This document shows positions 1 through 9,662 of a stretch of DNA of 62,135 bases, piece after piece. Each line of letters opens with the position of its first letter. The first letter of the stretch is position 1. A program made the translations under genes and the position numbers. The stretch lies in the sequence record DRR723986_4010, one strand, 5' to 3'. The notes under the pieces are model-generated. The model had not been told where the DNA came from, searched no databases, and saw only the letters and a list, made by a program, of their open reading frames with translations.

Positions 1-1316
1 TCGCCCATGCCGTGCAGGCGCTGGAACTCGAATGCGGTCACGCCCATGGAGTCCGCCATAAGGTCCACTGTCGCCAGCGTGTGGGCATTGTGGGTCGCGA
101 ATTGCGGATAAAGGACCGGGCTCGCCTCCAGCAGCTGTTTGGCGCAGGCAAGATAGTGGAAGTCGGTGCCCTGCTTCGTCGTGAAGACCGGGAAGTTCGG
201 GAAACCTTCGACCTGGGCGTGTTTGATCTCGCTGTCCCAGTAAGCGCCTTTCACAAGGCGCACCATGAAACGCCGGCGGGTGTCGCCAGCCAGCTGCTTC
301 AGCTTCTCGATCACGCCTCGGGCGCGTTTCTGATAGGCCTGCACGGCAATGCCGAGACCGTTCCAGCCTTTCAGGGACGGTTCGCGCGCAAGAGCCTCCA
401 TCAGCTTTAGCGAGATGACCAACCGGTCAGCTTCCTCCGCATCAAGACAAAGATTGATGTTCGCATCCGCCGCCTGTTGGCAGAGTCCCAGCAGGCCGGG
501 ATAGATCTCCTCCATTACGCGGGCCTCATTGACCGCCTCATAGCGCGGGTGCAGCGCGGAGAGCTTGACCGACACGCCATTGGACGCTTCCGGCGCAACA
601 GACTTGTCCTTGCTGGCCGCGACCTGTTCGATGGCACTCTGATAGGCTTTCAGATAGCGTTCGGCATCGGCGGCGGTGCGGGCGCCCTCCCCCAGCATGT
701 CGAAACTGAAATTCGCCGCATCCCCCTGGCGCACCATCCGGCTGCCGCGCTTCAGCGCGTCCTTCACGTTCCGGCCAAGGACGAACTGCTCCCCCATGAT
801 CCGCATGGCCTGCATCATGGCGGCGCGGATCACAGGCTCGCCGCTTTCGCGCACGAGACTGGAGACAAAATGGCCAGGACCTTTTTTGGCCGCTGCAGGC
901 ACACCGATCACACGGCCCGTCAGCATCAGCCCCCAGGTGGACGCATTGACCAGCCAGGATTCCGACTGCCCCTGATGCGCGCCCCAGTTTCCTGAGCGGA
1001 TCTTCTCGGCGATCAGATCATCGCGGGTTTCGGCGTCCGGCACGCGCAGCAGCGCCTCGGCAAGGCACATGAGGGCGAGGCCTTCAGCGTTCGAGAGGCC
1101 GAACTCCTCCAGGAAACTCTCCATCATGCCCTTGCGGCGCCCGGTGGCCCGCGCCGTTTCGACGAGGTCGAGCGCCCGCCGCATGGCCGCCTGTCGCAGA
1201 TCGTCACTGACGGGTGTCTCCTTCAGGAGATCCTCCAGCAGCGCTTCTTCATCCACAAATTTGTTGGAATCGAGCGCGTCCCAGACGAACCGAGTGGCGG
1301 CAAGGGTGTCGGACAT
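1..1316 (-). CDS. putA: Bifunctional proline dehydrogenase/P5C dehydrogenase PutA, N-terminal part (runs off window)
   Basis: Minus-strand frame from ATG 1316 (MSDTLAATRFVWDALDSNKFVDE...) is open to the window edge and ends in FEFQRLHGMG, the PRODH signature. It also contains ALMCLAEALLRVPD and FDMLGEGART. Confidence 0.93.
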   Translation of the reverse strand, partial: MSDTLAATRFVWDALDSNKFVDEEALLEDLLKETPVSDDLRQAAMRRALDLVETARATGRRKGMMESFLEEFGLSNAEGLALMCLAEALLRVPDAETRDDLIAEKIRSGNWGAHQGQSESWLVNASTWGLMLTGRVIGVPAAAKKGPGHFVSSLVRESGEPVIRAAMMQAMRIMGEQFVLGRNVKDALKRGSRMVRQGDAANFSFDMLGEGARTAADAERYLKAYQSAIEQVAASKDKSVAPEASNGVSVKLSALHPRYEAVNEARVMEEIYPGLLGLCQQAADANINLCLDAEEADRLVISLKLMEALAREPSLKGWNGLGIAVQAYQKRARGVIEKLKQLAGDTRRRFMVRLVKGAYWDSEIKHAQVEGFPNFPVFTTKQGTDFHYLACAKQLLEASPVLYPQFATHNAHTLATVDLMADSMGVTAFEFQRLHGMG

Positions 1317-1519
1317 AAATAGAGTTCCCTTCTGGCAATGGTTTTGGCACAAAAACGTACTAACGGGGCAGGACTTGTACGGGTTCCACCGAATTCAGGG
1401 AAAATCTATATCGACTTCGACGGCCGGTTGCGAGGGGAGTGGACAGCGTTTCAGGCCTTTACCATACCGCCCAAGCCCGCCATGTTGCGCTCGGCTGCGT
1501 GGCATTGATGGGAGTCCAC

Positions 1520-2698
1520 ATGCGGATCATGCTCGTGACAGACGCCTGGGACCCTCAGGTCAACGGCGTCGTGCGCACCATGAAGCGCGTCATCGCCGAA
1601 TCAGAGGCGCTGGGCCATGAATGGGAGATCGTGCATCCCGGTCAGGGGTTCATGACCATGCCGCTTCCGACCTATCCCGAAATCAAGCTGGCCCTGTTCG
1701 CCCGGGGTGAAATCGAGGAACGGTTCAACGAATTCGAGCCTGACGCCATCCATATCGCGACCGAGGGCACGCTGGGCATGGCGGGCCGCGCCATGTGCCT
1801 GAAGATCAAGCACCCCTTCTCGACCGCCTATCACACCCGGTTCCCGGAATATGTCAGCGCTCGCCTGCCGATCCCGATCTCCTGGGGCTACAATTTCGTC
1901 CGCTGGTTCCACAAGTATTCTGGCAAGGTCATGGTACCGACGCCTTCCATGGTGGAGGAGCTGCGGGTCAAGAACTTCATCAACCTCGTCGCCTGGGGCC
2001 GCGGGGTGGATACGGACCTTTTCAATCCGTCCCGCCGGATAGAGGAAGGCCAGCCTGGCGACCCCTTCGAGGGCATGGAGCGCCCGATCTTCCTGAATGT
2101 CGGCCGCGTGGCGGTGGAGAAGAATATTGAAGCCTTTGCCGAGCTCGACCTGCCCGGTACCAAGGTGATCGTCGGCGACGGCCCGCAGCGCGAAGAACTC
2201 CGGAAACGCTATCCGGATGTCAAATTCCTCGGCGCGCGGTTCAACGAGGACCTCGCCACCGTCTATGCCAGCGCAGACGTGTTCGTGTTCCCCAGCCTGA
2301 CAGACACGTTTGGCCTGGTCGTTCTGGAAGCCATGTCGTCCGGCACCCCGGTGGCGGCCTACGATGCCACCGGCCCGCGCGATGTGATTCCGGGATCAAA
2401 TGCCGGCACAATCACGCCTGTCGGCGGGGATCTTGCCGCAGGCGCGATCGCCTGCCTCGATCTCGACCGCGAGACGTGCCGCAAATATGCCGAAGGCTAT
2501 AGCTGGCGGGCTTGCGCAGAAGCGTTCATAGAAAACCTGCAGCCCCTGCCCGCCCCGGCGCGGAAACGTTTTTGGCAAAAGATCCGCCTACGGCGCCGCA
2601 AGAAGCCGCTGGAGCTGGTGATCCCGCCGCTGCTGGACCTCAGCCCGAAACCGAAGGAAGCCCCGAAACCTTCCGAAGAGCCGGACGAAAAGTCCTAG
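1520..2698 (+). CDS. Glycosyltransferase family 4 (GT-B), probably lipid glycosyltransferase
   Basis: MRIMLVTDAWDPQVNGVVRT N-terminus, VGRVAVEKNIE and DTFGLVVLEAM motifs; GGAG RBS upstream of 1520. Confidence 0.9.
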   Translation: MRIMLVTDAWDPQVNGVVRTMKRVIAESEALGHEWEIVHPGQGFMTMPLPTYPEIKLALFARGEIEERFNEFEPDAIHIATEGTLGMAGRAMCLKIKHPFSTAYHTRFPEYVSARLPIPISWGYNFVRWFHKYSGKVMVPTPSMVEELRVKNFINLVAWGRGVDTDLFNPSRRIEEGQPGDPFEGMERPIFLNVGRVAVEKNIEAFAELDLPGTKVIVGDGPQREELRKRYPDVKFLGARFNEDLATVYASADVFVFPSLTDTFGLVVLEAMSSGTPVAAYDATGPRDVIPGSNAGTITPVGGDLAAGAIACLDLDRETCRKYAEGYSWRACAEAFIENLQPLPAPARKRFWQKIRLRRRKKPLELVIPPLLDLSPKPKEAPKPSEEPDEKS

Positions 2699-2707
2699 GC
2701 GAAGGCC

Positions 2708-3817
2708 CTAGTCTGCGGGCACGTCTTTCAGCTCTGCCGCGCGCGCCTGTTCGATTGCACGGTCTTCATCGGTCATCGGAATCAGACCCTTTTCCAGCAA
2801 GTATCCATCCGGCCCCATGGCGCCGTCCGACACGAATTCCTGCACGAACTCGGCAATCCCGGGCACGACGCCCAGATTCTCGCGCTTCACATAGATGTAA
2901 AGCATGCGGGAGAGGCCGTACTCCCCATCCTTGATATGCACGAAGTCCGGCGAAACACCGGACAGGAGCCCGGCTTTCACACGGTCTGAGTTCTGCTCAA
3001 GGAAGGAAAAGCCAAGAATGCCTATGGCCGCTGGCGTCTTGGTCAGCGCCTGCACGACCGCCGCATCATTTTCGCCGAAATCGATCCAGGCGCCATCGGT
3101 GCGGATCGTCCGGGCACGTTGCAGGAAGGCCGTCTCGTCCTGCTCGCGCAGTGCGGCCATCTGCGGATCCTCCAGCGCACCATGCTCCATGCCGAGTTCG
3201 ACGAAAGCGTCGCGCGTGCCGGAGGTTGGCGGCGGACCGAAGACGAGGATCGGCTCATCCGGGAGAGACGGGCTCACCTCGTTCCACGACTTGTACGGAT
3301 TGGGCACGAAACCGCCTTCGCCGTCCGGCAGTTCCATGGCGAGCGCGCGGTAGAGCTCTGCCTTGGTGATGTCGAAATCAGGCCCGGACTTGGAATTGGC
3401 GATGACGATGCCATCATATCCGACGCGGATTTCGGCGGGATTGTTGACGCCATTGGCAGCACAAAGCGCCCGCTCCCCTTCCTTGATCGGGCGGGACGCG
3501 TCCGAGATGGAAGGCTGCGACGGCCCCGTGCCGAGACAAAAGGCCTTGAAGCCGCCGCCCGTCCCGGTCGTCTCCACCACCGGCGTCGGCCATTTGGTGA
3601 CTGCGCCAAACTGTTCGGCCACCGCCGTAGCAAAGGGAGAGACGGTGGAAGAGCCGACAATCTTTATCTTTTCGGCATCCACGCCGGTGATGGATGGCGT
3701 GACGATCCGGTCGCCCACTTCCAGCTTTGACAGGTCCGTGCGTCCGCACGCCGCCGCCAGCAACAAGGCCGCTGCGGCGAGGATTGGCGCAAAGCCTGAA
3801 GAGAGTGCGCGTGTCAT
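2708..3817 (-). CDS. pstS: Phosphate-binding periplasmic lipoprotein (PstS family)
   Basis: GSSTVSPF, TGTGGGFKAFC, PPPTSGTRDAF motifs; lipobox LAAAC. Confidence 0.85.
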   Translation of the reverse strand: MTRALSSGFAPILAAAALLLAAACGRTDLSKLEVGDRIVTPSITGVDAEKIKIVGSSTVSPFATAVAEQFGAVTKWPTPVVETTGTGGGFKAFCLGTGPSQPSISDASRPIKEGERALCAANGVNNPAEIRVGYDGIVIANSKSGPDFDITKAELYRALAMELPDGEGGFVPNPYKSWNEVSPSLPDEPILVFGPPPTSGTRDAFVELGMEHGALEDPQMAALREQDETAFLQRARTIRTDGAWIDFGENDAAVVQALTKTPAAIGILGFSFLEQNSDRVKAGLLSGVSPDFVHIKDGEYGLSRMLYIYVKRENLGVVPGIAEFVQEFVSDGAMGPDGYLLEKGLIPMTDEDRAIEQARAAELKDVPAD

Positions 3818-3957
3818 GCTTGACTCTTTCCCAGTTGCGCCTGCCTCTATCCGGAATCCGGGCCGGCGCCAAACAAGGTAGGACTTCTTCAGTAACTGCT
3901 ACAGGCCGGGACGAAGAAGGTTTCGTGAAAAATTTCAGTCCCGGCCCAAAAATTCAC

Positions 3958-4094
3958 TTGCACGCCCGGATATAGTCCATTACATGCCCCTTCGAAATAA
4001 AGAGATGTGGCGGACACTCTGCGCTAACCCACTCGGTGGGGGCCCCCGTACTAACGCCCAAAGCTGGTTAAAAGCCCTTTGGAGGTTAGGTGTC
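3958..4094 (+). ncRNA. Sigma70-like promoter plus candidate speF leader RNA
   Basis: TTGCAC-N17-TACATG followed by a ~100 nt leader (ATGCCCCTT...GAGATGTGGC) before ornithine decarboxylase. This is the genomic position of the alphaproteobacterial speF motif; the resemblance is from memory, not a covariance search. Confidence 0.5.
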
Positions 4095-5288
4095 ATGCAC
4101 TCCTATGCGACTCCCATTCATGTTGTTCGTGCGTCCCAGCCGGACCTGCCCGTATGGTGTTTCCGTCCGGAGCGCGTCACTGCGGCCGCGAAATGGTTCC
4201 GTGACTCGTTCTCGGCCGAGCCGTTTTACGCCGTGAAAGCAAACCCGGCAGAGCATGTCCTGGACGCACTCTGGGCCGGCGGCGTGCGCAGTTTCGACTG
4301 CGCCTCCGACACGGAAGTCGAACTGATCCGTACCCGGTTCCCGGAAGCCCGTATTGCGTTTCTGCACCCGGTGAAGAACCGCCGTGCCATCGCCCGTGCC
4401 TACAAGGAATTCGGCGTGCGCATCTTCGTCACCGACACGATGACGGAGCTGAACAAGATCCTCGAGGAAACCGGCTACGCGACAGACCTGACGATCATCG
4501 TCCGTGTTGCTGTGTCTTGCGATGGCGCGGCCCTGCCGCTGGCCGGCAAGTTCGGCGCTGGCGCAGACGATGCTGCAGAGATCCTGCGTGAAGCGCGCCG
4601 TCATGCAGACGAGCTGGGCGTGTCGTTCCACGTGGGCAGCCAGGCGATGCAGCCAACGGCATGGGCAACCGCCATGGCCGACGTCTCCCGCATCATCATC
4701 ACCGCGGGTGTCACGGTCGACATCGTCGATGTCGGCGGCGGCTTCCCGTCGATCTATGCGGACAATGCCCCGCCTTCGCTGGACGCTTATGCCGCCATGG
4801 TCGAAGCTTCGTTCGAAAACATGTTCGTTCTCGAAAACGCCGAGCTGTGGTGCGAGCCGGGCCGTGCGCTCTGCGCCGAGTCGGAAAGCCTGCTGTGCCG
4901 TATCGAACTGGCGAAAGACGGTGCGCTCTACATCAATGACGGCTCCTATGGCGCCCTCTACGATGCGGTGCACGAGCGCTGGAACTTCCCGAAGCGCGCC
5001 ATTGCCGGCGACGGCCGCAAGCTGCACGGCATGACGGCTTACACCGTGTACGGCCCGACCTGCGATTCGACCGACAAATTCCCGGAAGAGATCATGTTGC
5101 CGGCGGGCCTGGCCGAGGGCGACTATATCGAGTTCGGCAATCTCGGCGCCTATGGCCGCGCGATGTCCAGCCGCTTCAACGGCTTCGGCGAAACCGAAGT
5201 GGTGGAAGTGCAGGACGCCCCGTGGCCGACGCTCTACGGGTCGATCGGCGCCGAAGTCGTGTCCATCGGGTCGATGGCAACGCGCTGA
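4095..5288 (+). CDS. Ornithine decarboxylase (fold type III PLP enzyme)
   Basis: FYAVKAN (PLP lysine), SFHVGSQ, DVGGGF, EPGR and GPTCDS motifs; GGAGG RBS at 4081. Confidence 0.92.
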   Translation: MHSYATPIHVVRASQPDLPVWCFRPERVTAAAKWFRDSFSAEPFYAVKANPAEHVLDALWAGGVRSFDCASDTEVELIRTRFPEARIAFLHPVKNRRAIARAYKEFGVRIFVTDTMTELNKILEETGYATDLTIIVRVAVSCDGAALPLAGKFGAGADDAAEILREARRHADELGVSFHVGSQAMQPTAWATAMADVSRIIITAGVTVDIVDVGGGFPSIYADNAPPSLDAYAAMVEASFENMFVLENAELWCEPGRALCAESESLLCRIELAKDGALYINDGSYGALYDAVHERWNFPKRAIAGDGRKLHGMTAYTVYGPTCDSTDKFPEEIMLPAGLAEGDYIEFGNLGAYGRAMSSRFNGFGETEVVEVQDAPWPTLYGSIGAEVVSIGSMATR

Positions 5289-6103
5289 AGTTCCGGAAAA
5301 CCGTATCGCCTGAGGACGAGCGCGAGATCCGCCTCGTCTTCGGGCGAACTCGTCAGGAAGGCCTGGCCGCCGATGCCGCGCGCCTTCGTCTCCACCGGGA
5401 GCACACGGATCGTCTGGCGGGCGATGGCCGCGCCTGAGTCGACATAGCTGACAGGCTGGGGCGCGCTGGCGATCAGCTGGCCGCGCACCAGCGGGAAATG
5501 AGTGCAGGCGAGCACGATCGTATCGATCTTTTGCCCGCCCGGTACCTCGAACAACGGCGCCTGCACTTCGGCAAACCGGTCGATATGGATGTCCTCGCCG
5601 CGCGCATGCGCTTCGGCCAGGCGGACAAGTTCGATACTGCCATGCATGATGACGTGCAGGTGTCCGGCGAATGTCTCGATCAGTTCGGATGTGTAGGCCC
5701 GGCGGATCGTGCCGGGCGTTGCCAGCAGGCCGACCGTGCCAGTGCGGGTGAGCTGGGCAGCTGGCTTGATCGCTGGCACGGTGCCGACAACCGGGATGTC
5801 GAGCACCGCGCGTACGTCAGACAATGCCAGCGTCGAGGCGGTGTTGCAGGCGATGACGAACACATCCGGCTTTACCCTGTCGCACAGCGCCTTGGCCACT
5901 TTCGGCAGGCGTTCTCGCAGGGCTTCGTCTGACTTGTCGCCATAGGGAAAGAAACCGGAATCGGCGGCGTAGTGCACACCGAGCGCCGGGCCGAGCGCGC
6001 GGATCTCCTCCGCCACGGTCAGGCCCCCGACCCCGGAATCGAAGACGAGCACCCGCCCACGAGCGGGAGACGGAACGAAATTGCCAGGCAGTGTCTCAGG
6101 CAT
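5234..6103 (-). CDS. murI: Glutamate racemase
   Basis: FDSGVGGLTV, ACNTAS, LACTHFP and DSG motifs. Confidence 0.95.
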   Translation of the reverse strand: MPETLPGNFVPSPARGRVLVFDSGVGGLTVAEEIRALGPALGVHYAADSGFFPYGDKSDEALRERLPKVAKALCDRVKPDVFVIACNTASTLALSDVRAVLDIPVVGTVPAIKPAAQLTRTGTVGLLATPGTIRRAYTSELIETFAGHLHVIMHGSIELVRLAEAHARGEDIHIDRFAEVQAPLFEVPGGQKIDTIVLACTHFPLVRGQLIASAPQPVSYVDSGAAIARQTIRVLPVETKARGIGGQAFLTSSPEDEADLALVLRRYGFPELQRVAIDPMDTTSAPIDP

Positions 6104-6297
6104 GGTGCAAGCCTATTCGCATTCGCAGGCGGCGAAAACGGGGCAGAATTCAGCTCCATTTTCAGACTCAACACGCATCGATGTCCTACCCGCCCGGCGC
6201 AACCCGCACCGCAAAGTTATTTTGAAAACATCCCGGAGGGTGCTTATCTGGTCCGGAACACGCTCCCGGCCAGCCGGGAGCCCCGCAGGCAGTGAGC

Positions 6298-6696
6298 ATG
6301 GTCATTCTGAGATCCTTCTTCCTGGCAGGCCTGGCCCTGTTCTTCGCTGCCCAGCAGGCGCTCTGCGCCTGCGATGCGCCGCAGGTACAGGCACCGGCTG
6401 CAATGGAAATGGCGCACAGCATGCCAGCCGGGCATGCCTGCGATGAAGCCCAGACGCCGCATCATGACAAATCGGCCTGCCCGCATTGCAATGCTGACCA
6501 TGACCTGATCGCCAAGGCCGCGCAGGCGATGGCCACTCCCCTGCTGCCTGTCAGCGCGGCCCCGGCGGTGTTCCTGCCGTCCGAGGCATTCAGGGTCTCG
6601 GTGCCCCCCATGCGGCCACCGAAATACATGCTCTACGAAGCGTCCGGCCCGCCACGGCTGACGCCGCTCCAGCTGAAAACCCGCCTCCTGAATTGA
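6298..6696 (+). CDS. Small Cys/His/Met-rich membrane-anchored protein upstream of copAB (CopL/DUF2946-like)
   Basis: N-terminal hydrophobic helix, CAC, His/Met-rich segment, CPHC, Pro-rich linker, SGPP near the C-terminus. Confidence 0.65.
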   Translation: MVILRSFFLAGLALFFAAQQALCACDAPQVQAPAAMEMAHSMPAGHACDEAQTPHHDKSACPHCNADHDLIAKAAQAMATPLLPVSAAPAVFLPSEAFRVSVPPMRPPKYMLYEASGPPRLTPLQLKTRLLN

Positions 6697-6772
6697 GACC
6701 GGCCCGGTAGGCTGCGCCTTTGCGCGCGCGACGCCTATGCCGTTTCCCCCTCAATTCAAAAGGATCATTCCC

Positions 6773-8767
6773 ATGTTCAATCGACGTCATTTCCTGCAGG
6801 GCAGCGCCCTGATGGGGCTTTCGTCCATGCTGCCCGCCGCCCTGTTGCCGGCCTGGGCCCGCAGCGCCAGTGACGGCAATACCGGTCTCCCCAAGGAGAC
6901 CGCCACAGAGTTCAATCTTTCCGTCGGGCGCTTCCCCGTGCGGATCGACGGACGTGTTGGCGAAGCCGTCGGCGTCAACGGCACGCTGCCCGCGCCGCTG
7001 ATCCGTTTCCGCGAAGGCGACGAGATCACGCTCAACGTGACCAACATGCTGGACGAGGACACAAGCATCCACTGGCATGGCCTGCTCGTGCCGTTCCAGA
7101 TGGACGGTGTGCCGGGCGTCACTTTCCCCGGGATCCGGCCGGGCGAGACCTTCACCTACAAGTATGCCGTGCCGCAATCGGGCACCTATTGGTACCACTC
7201 CCATTCCGGCCTGCAGGAGCAGGAAGGGCACTACGGCCCGATCATCATCGATCCGCATCATCACGACCCGGTCGCCTATGACCGGGAATATGTGCTGGTC
7301 CTTTCCGACTGGAGCTTCGAGAGCCCTTACCGGATCTTCGCAAAGCTCAAGAAGATGAGCGATGCCTACAACTATCAGCAGCGCACCATGGGCGACTTTC
7401 TGAAGGATGCGCAGGAACGCGGCCTCGGCGCGGCGTGGAATAAGCGCGCCATGTGGGGCCGGATGCGGATGTCGCCGCGGGACATCGCAGACGTGACCGG
7501 CGCGACCTATCATTATCTGATCAACGGCCATTCGACCGCCGACAACTGGAACGGCGTGTTCAAGCCGGGCGAACGCGTGCGCCTGCGTATCATCAATGCC
7601 TCGGCGATGACGATCTTCAATGTGCGCCTGCCGGGCCTGCCGATGACCATTGTCGCCGCTGACGGCCTGAACGTTCAGCCGCTGGAAGTCGACGAGTTCC
7701 AGATGGGTGTCGCCGAGACTTATGATGTCATCATCGAGCCGAAGGACCAGCGTGCCTATGCCTTTGTCGCGGAGAGCATTGACCGGTCCGGACAGGCAGT
7801 TGCGACCTTCGGGCCCCAGCCCGGCATGCGCGCCGAAGCCCCTGCCCTGCGGGCGGTGCCGACACTGACCATGAAGGACATGGGCATGGATCATGGAGCC
7901 ATGGATCATGGCGGCATGGACATGAGCGAGATGGACCATTCCGAAATGGATCACGCCGCAATGGGCCATGACATGAGCGGAATGGAAATGTCCGGTCATG
8001 AAGGCCACGACATGAGTGGCCATCAGATGGGCGAAATGGCCATGGATCTTTCCGCACACGGCATGACTGAGGATGCCGGCTGGCCAGTTGAAAAGAAAAC
8101 CATCAAACGCGGCCCCGGTGTCGCGAATATCGCCATGATGCCGATGAGCCGTCTCGACGAGCCGGGCATCGGCCTTGAAGACGTCGGCCACCACGTCATG
8201 CGTTATTCCCAGCTGCGCAGCCTGACCCGCAATCCGGACCTGCGTCCGCCGGGCCGCGAGATGGAGATCCACCTCACCTCCAACATGGAACGCTACATGT
8301 GGAGTTTCGACGGAGTGAAATTCTCCGAAGTGACAGAGCCCATCATCTTCCATGAAGGCGAGCGCCTGCGCGTGACACTGATCAACAATACGATGATGCC
8401 GCACCCGATTCATCTGCACGGCATGTTCTTCGATCTCGTCAATGGCGGCGGCGACCATAAGCCCCGCAAGCACACGGTGATCGTGAAGCCGGGCGAGAAG
8501 CTCTCCTTCGACGTCTCGGCCGATCATGTCGGCGACTGGGCGTTCCACTGCCACCTGCTCTACCACATGCATGCCGGCATGATGCAGGTCGTCTCCGTCC
8601 TGCCGTCTACGGACAAAAAGCCGATGGATCATGAGCACATGGATCACGAAACAATGGACCATGAGATGATGGGCCATGACATGCCGATGGAGCACGAAAT
8701 GCCGATGGATCATGACATGATGGATCATTCTGCCATGGGCCATGACAAGCACGGGGAGATGAAGTGA
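6773..8767 (+). CDS. copA: Copper-resistance multicopper oxidase
   Basis: Tat signal (NRRHFL); Cu motifs HWHG, WYHSH, HPIHLHG and HCHLLYHM; Met/His-rich inserts. Confidence 0.96.
   Translation: MFNRRHFLQGSALMGLSSMLPAALLPAWARSASDGNTGLPKETATEFNLSVGRFPVRIDGRVGEAVGVNGTLPAPLIRFREGDEITLNVTNMLDEDTSIHWHGLLVPFQMDGVPGVTFPGIRPGETFTYKYAVPQSGTYWYHSHSGLQEQEGHYGPIIIDPHHHDPVAYDREYVLVLSDWSFESPYRIFAKLKKMSDAYNYQQRTMGDFLKDAQERGLGAAWNKRAMWGRMRMSPRDIADVTGATYHYLINGHSTADNWNGVFKPGERVRLRIINASAMTIFNVRLPGLPMTIVAADGLNVQPLEVDEFQMGVAETYDVIIEPKDQRAYAFVAESIDRSGQAVATFGPQPGMRAEAPALRAVPTLTMKDMGMDHGAMDHGGMDMSEMDHSEMDHAAMGHDMSGMEMSGHEGHDMSGHQMGEMAMDLSAHGMTEDAGWPVEKKTIKRGPGVANIAMMPMSRLDEPGIGLEDVGHHVMRYSQLRSLTRNPDLRPPGREMEIHLTSNMERYMWSFDGVKFSEVTEPIIFHEGERLRVTLINNTMMPHPIHLHGMFFDLVNGGGDHKPRKHTVIVKPGEKLSFDVSADHVGDWAFHCHLLYHMHAGMMQVVSVLPSTDKKPMDHEHMDHETMDHEMMGHDMPMEHEMPMDHDMMDHSAMGHDKHGEMK
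7871..8064 (+). repeat. Met/His-rich MDH-type repeat linker within CopA
   Basis: MDHGAMDHGGMDMSEMDHSEMDHAAMGHDMSG..., with roughly 15-nt ATGGAYCAY units. Confidence 0.85.
8624..8764 (+). repeat. C-terminal Met/His repeat tail of CopA
   Basis: MDHEHMDHETMDHEMMGHDMPMEHEMPMDHDMMDHSAMGHDKHGEMK. Confidence 0.85.
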
Positions 8768-9576
8768 TGCAGAGGACGCTCTTTTCCGCATTCGCCGCGC
8801 TCGCCTTCGCAGCCGGCGCCTCGGCCCAATCGCATGACCATCATGGCGCCTCTCCGGAGGAAAAGCCCTGGTCGCAGGCTGACGCCTATTTCGACCCGGC
8901 CGAAATGGACGCGGCCCGCGCGCATGTGCAGGCTCATTCCGGCGGCTCGCCATTTGCCATGGTCCGGTTTGACCGGCTGGAAGCTCAGTCGTCTGACGGG
9001 GAAACCACCGTTGTCTGGGATGCTGACGCCTGGTATGGCGGCGACATCAACAAGATCTGGCTGAAAACCGAAGGCGAATATTCCTTCGAGGAAAACGACC
9101 TGGAAGAGGCCGAAGTCCAGCTGCTCTGGTCCCGCGCCATATCGCGCTACTTCGACCTGCAGACCGGCGTGCGGTATGATTTCGAACCGAAGGGACAAGC
9201 CCATGCCGTGCTGGGCGTCCAGGGGCTCGCCCCCTACTGGTTCGAAGTGGACGGCGCCGCCTTCCTGAGCGAGTCAGGCGATCTGACCGCCAGCTTCGAA
9301 GCCGAATACGAACTCCTTCTCACCAACCGGCTGATCCTCCAGCCCCGGCTGGAAGCGAACTTCTCGGCGCAGGACATTCCGGAACAGGAACTTGGCTCAG
9401 GCCTGACCGATCTGCAGGCTGGCTTGCGATTGCGTTACGAAATCCGCCGGGAGTTCGCCCCCTATATCGGCGTCGAATACCAGAGCGCCTTCGGCGGAAC
9501 GGCCGACCGGATTGAGGCCAGCGGCGGGGAGGCCGACGACACACGTTTCATCATCGGCGTCCGAACCTGGTACTGA
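8767..9576 (+). CDS. copB: Copper resistance outer-membrane protein B
   Basis: TGATG coupling to copA; signal peptide; GLAPYWFEVD and RYEIRREFAPYIGV motifs; aromatic C-terminus. Confidence 0.95.
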   Translation: MQRTLFSAFAALAFAAGASAQSHDHHGASPEEKPWSQADAYFDPAEMDAARAHVQAHSGGSPFAMVRFDRLEAQSSDGETTVVWDADAWYGGDINKIWLKTEGEYSFEENDLEEAEVQLLWSRAISRYFDLQTGVRYDFEPKGQAHAVLGVQGLAPYWFEVDGAAFLSESGDLTASFEAEYELLLTNRLILQPRLEANFSAQDIPEQELGSGLTDLQAGLRLRYEIRREFAPYIGVEYQSAFGGTADRIEASGGEADDTRFIIGVRTWY

Positions 9577-9608
9577 GCCGGCCGTTCCAGGCCGCCCAAA
9601 AAGCAGAA

Positions 9609-9634
9609 CCCTTTGATTCTATTGAATTAAAGGG
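9609..9634. terminator. AT-rich inverted repeat after copB (terminator or operator)
   Basis: CCCTTTGATTC-TATT-GAATTAAAGGG. Confidence 0.4.
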
Positions 9635-9662
9635 CTCCCAATCGCCTATGGCATGAGTCTTG

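Noticed and set aside
1356-1365. CGTACTAACG shared between the putA upstream region and the ODC leader (~4048)
   Set aside because: A single 10-mer match is expected by chance in 62 kb, and the orientation relative to the two genes differs.
12-1620. Plus-strand ORFs 12-410, 477-995 and 1069-1620
   Set aside because: They lie antisense to putA, which the ORF track missed because it runs off the window.
3820-3960. Pho box upstream of pstS
   Set aside because: No convincing CTGTCAT-N4 direct repeat was seen.
6590-8953. 787-aa minus-strand ORF, and similar long antisense ORFs at 12157-14427, 20376-22001, 41934-43556 and 59882-61513
   Set aside because: These are shadow frames opposite well-supported genes, expected from high-GC codon bias. 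They have no motifs, and the His/Val-rich stretch merely mirrors the CopA MDH repeats.
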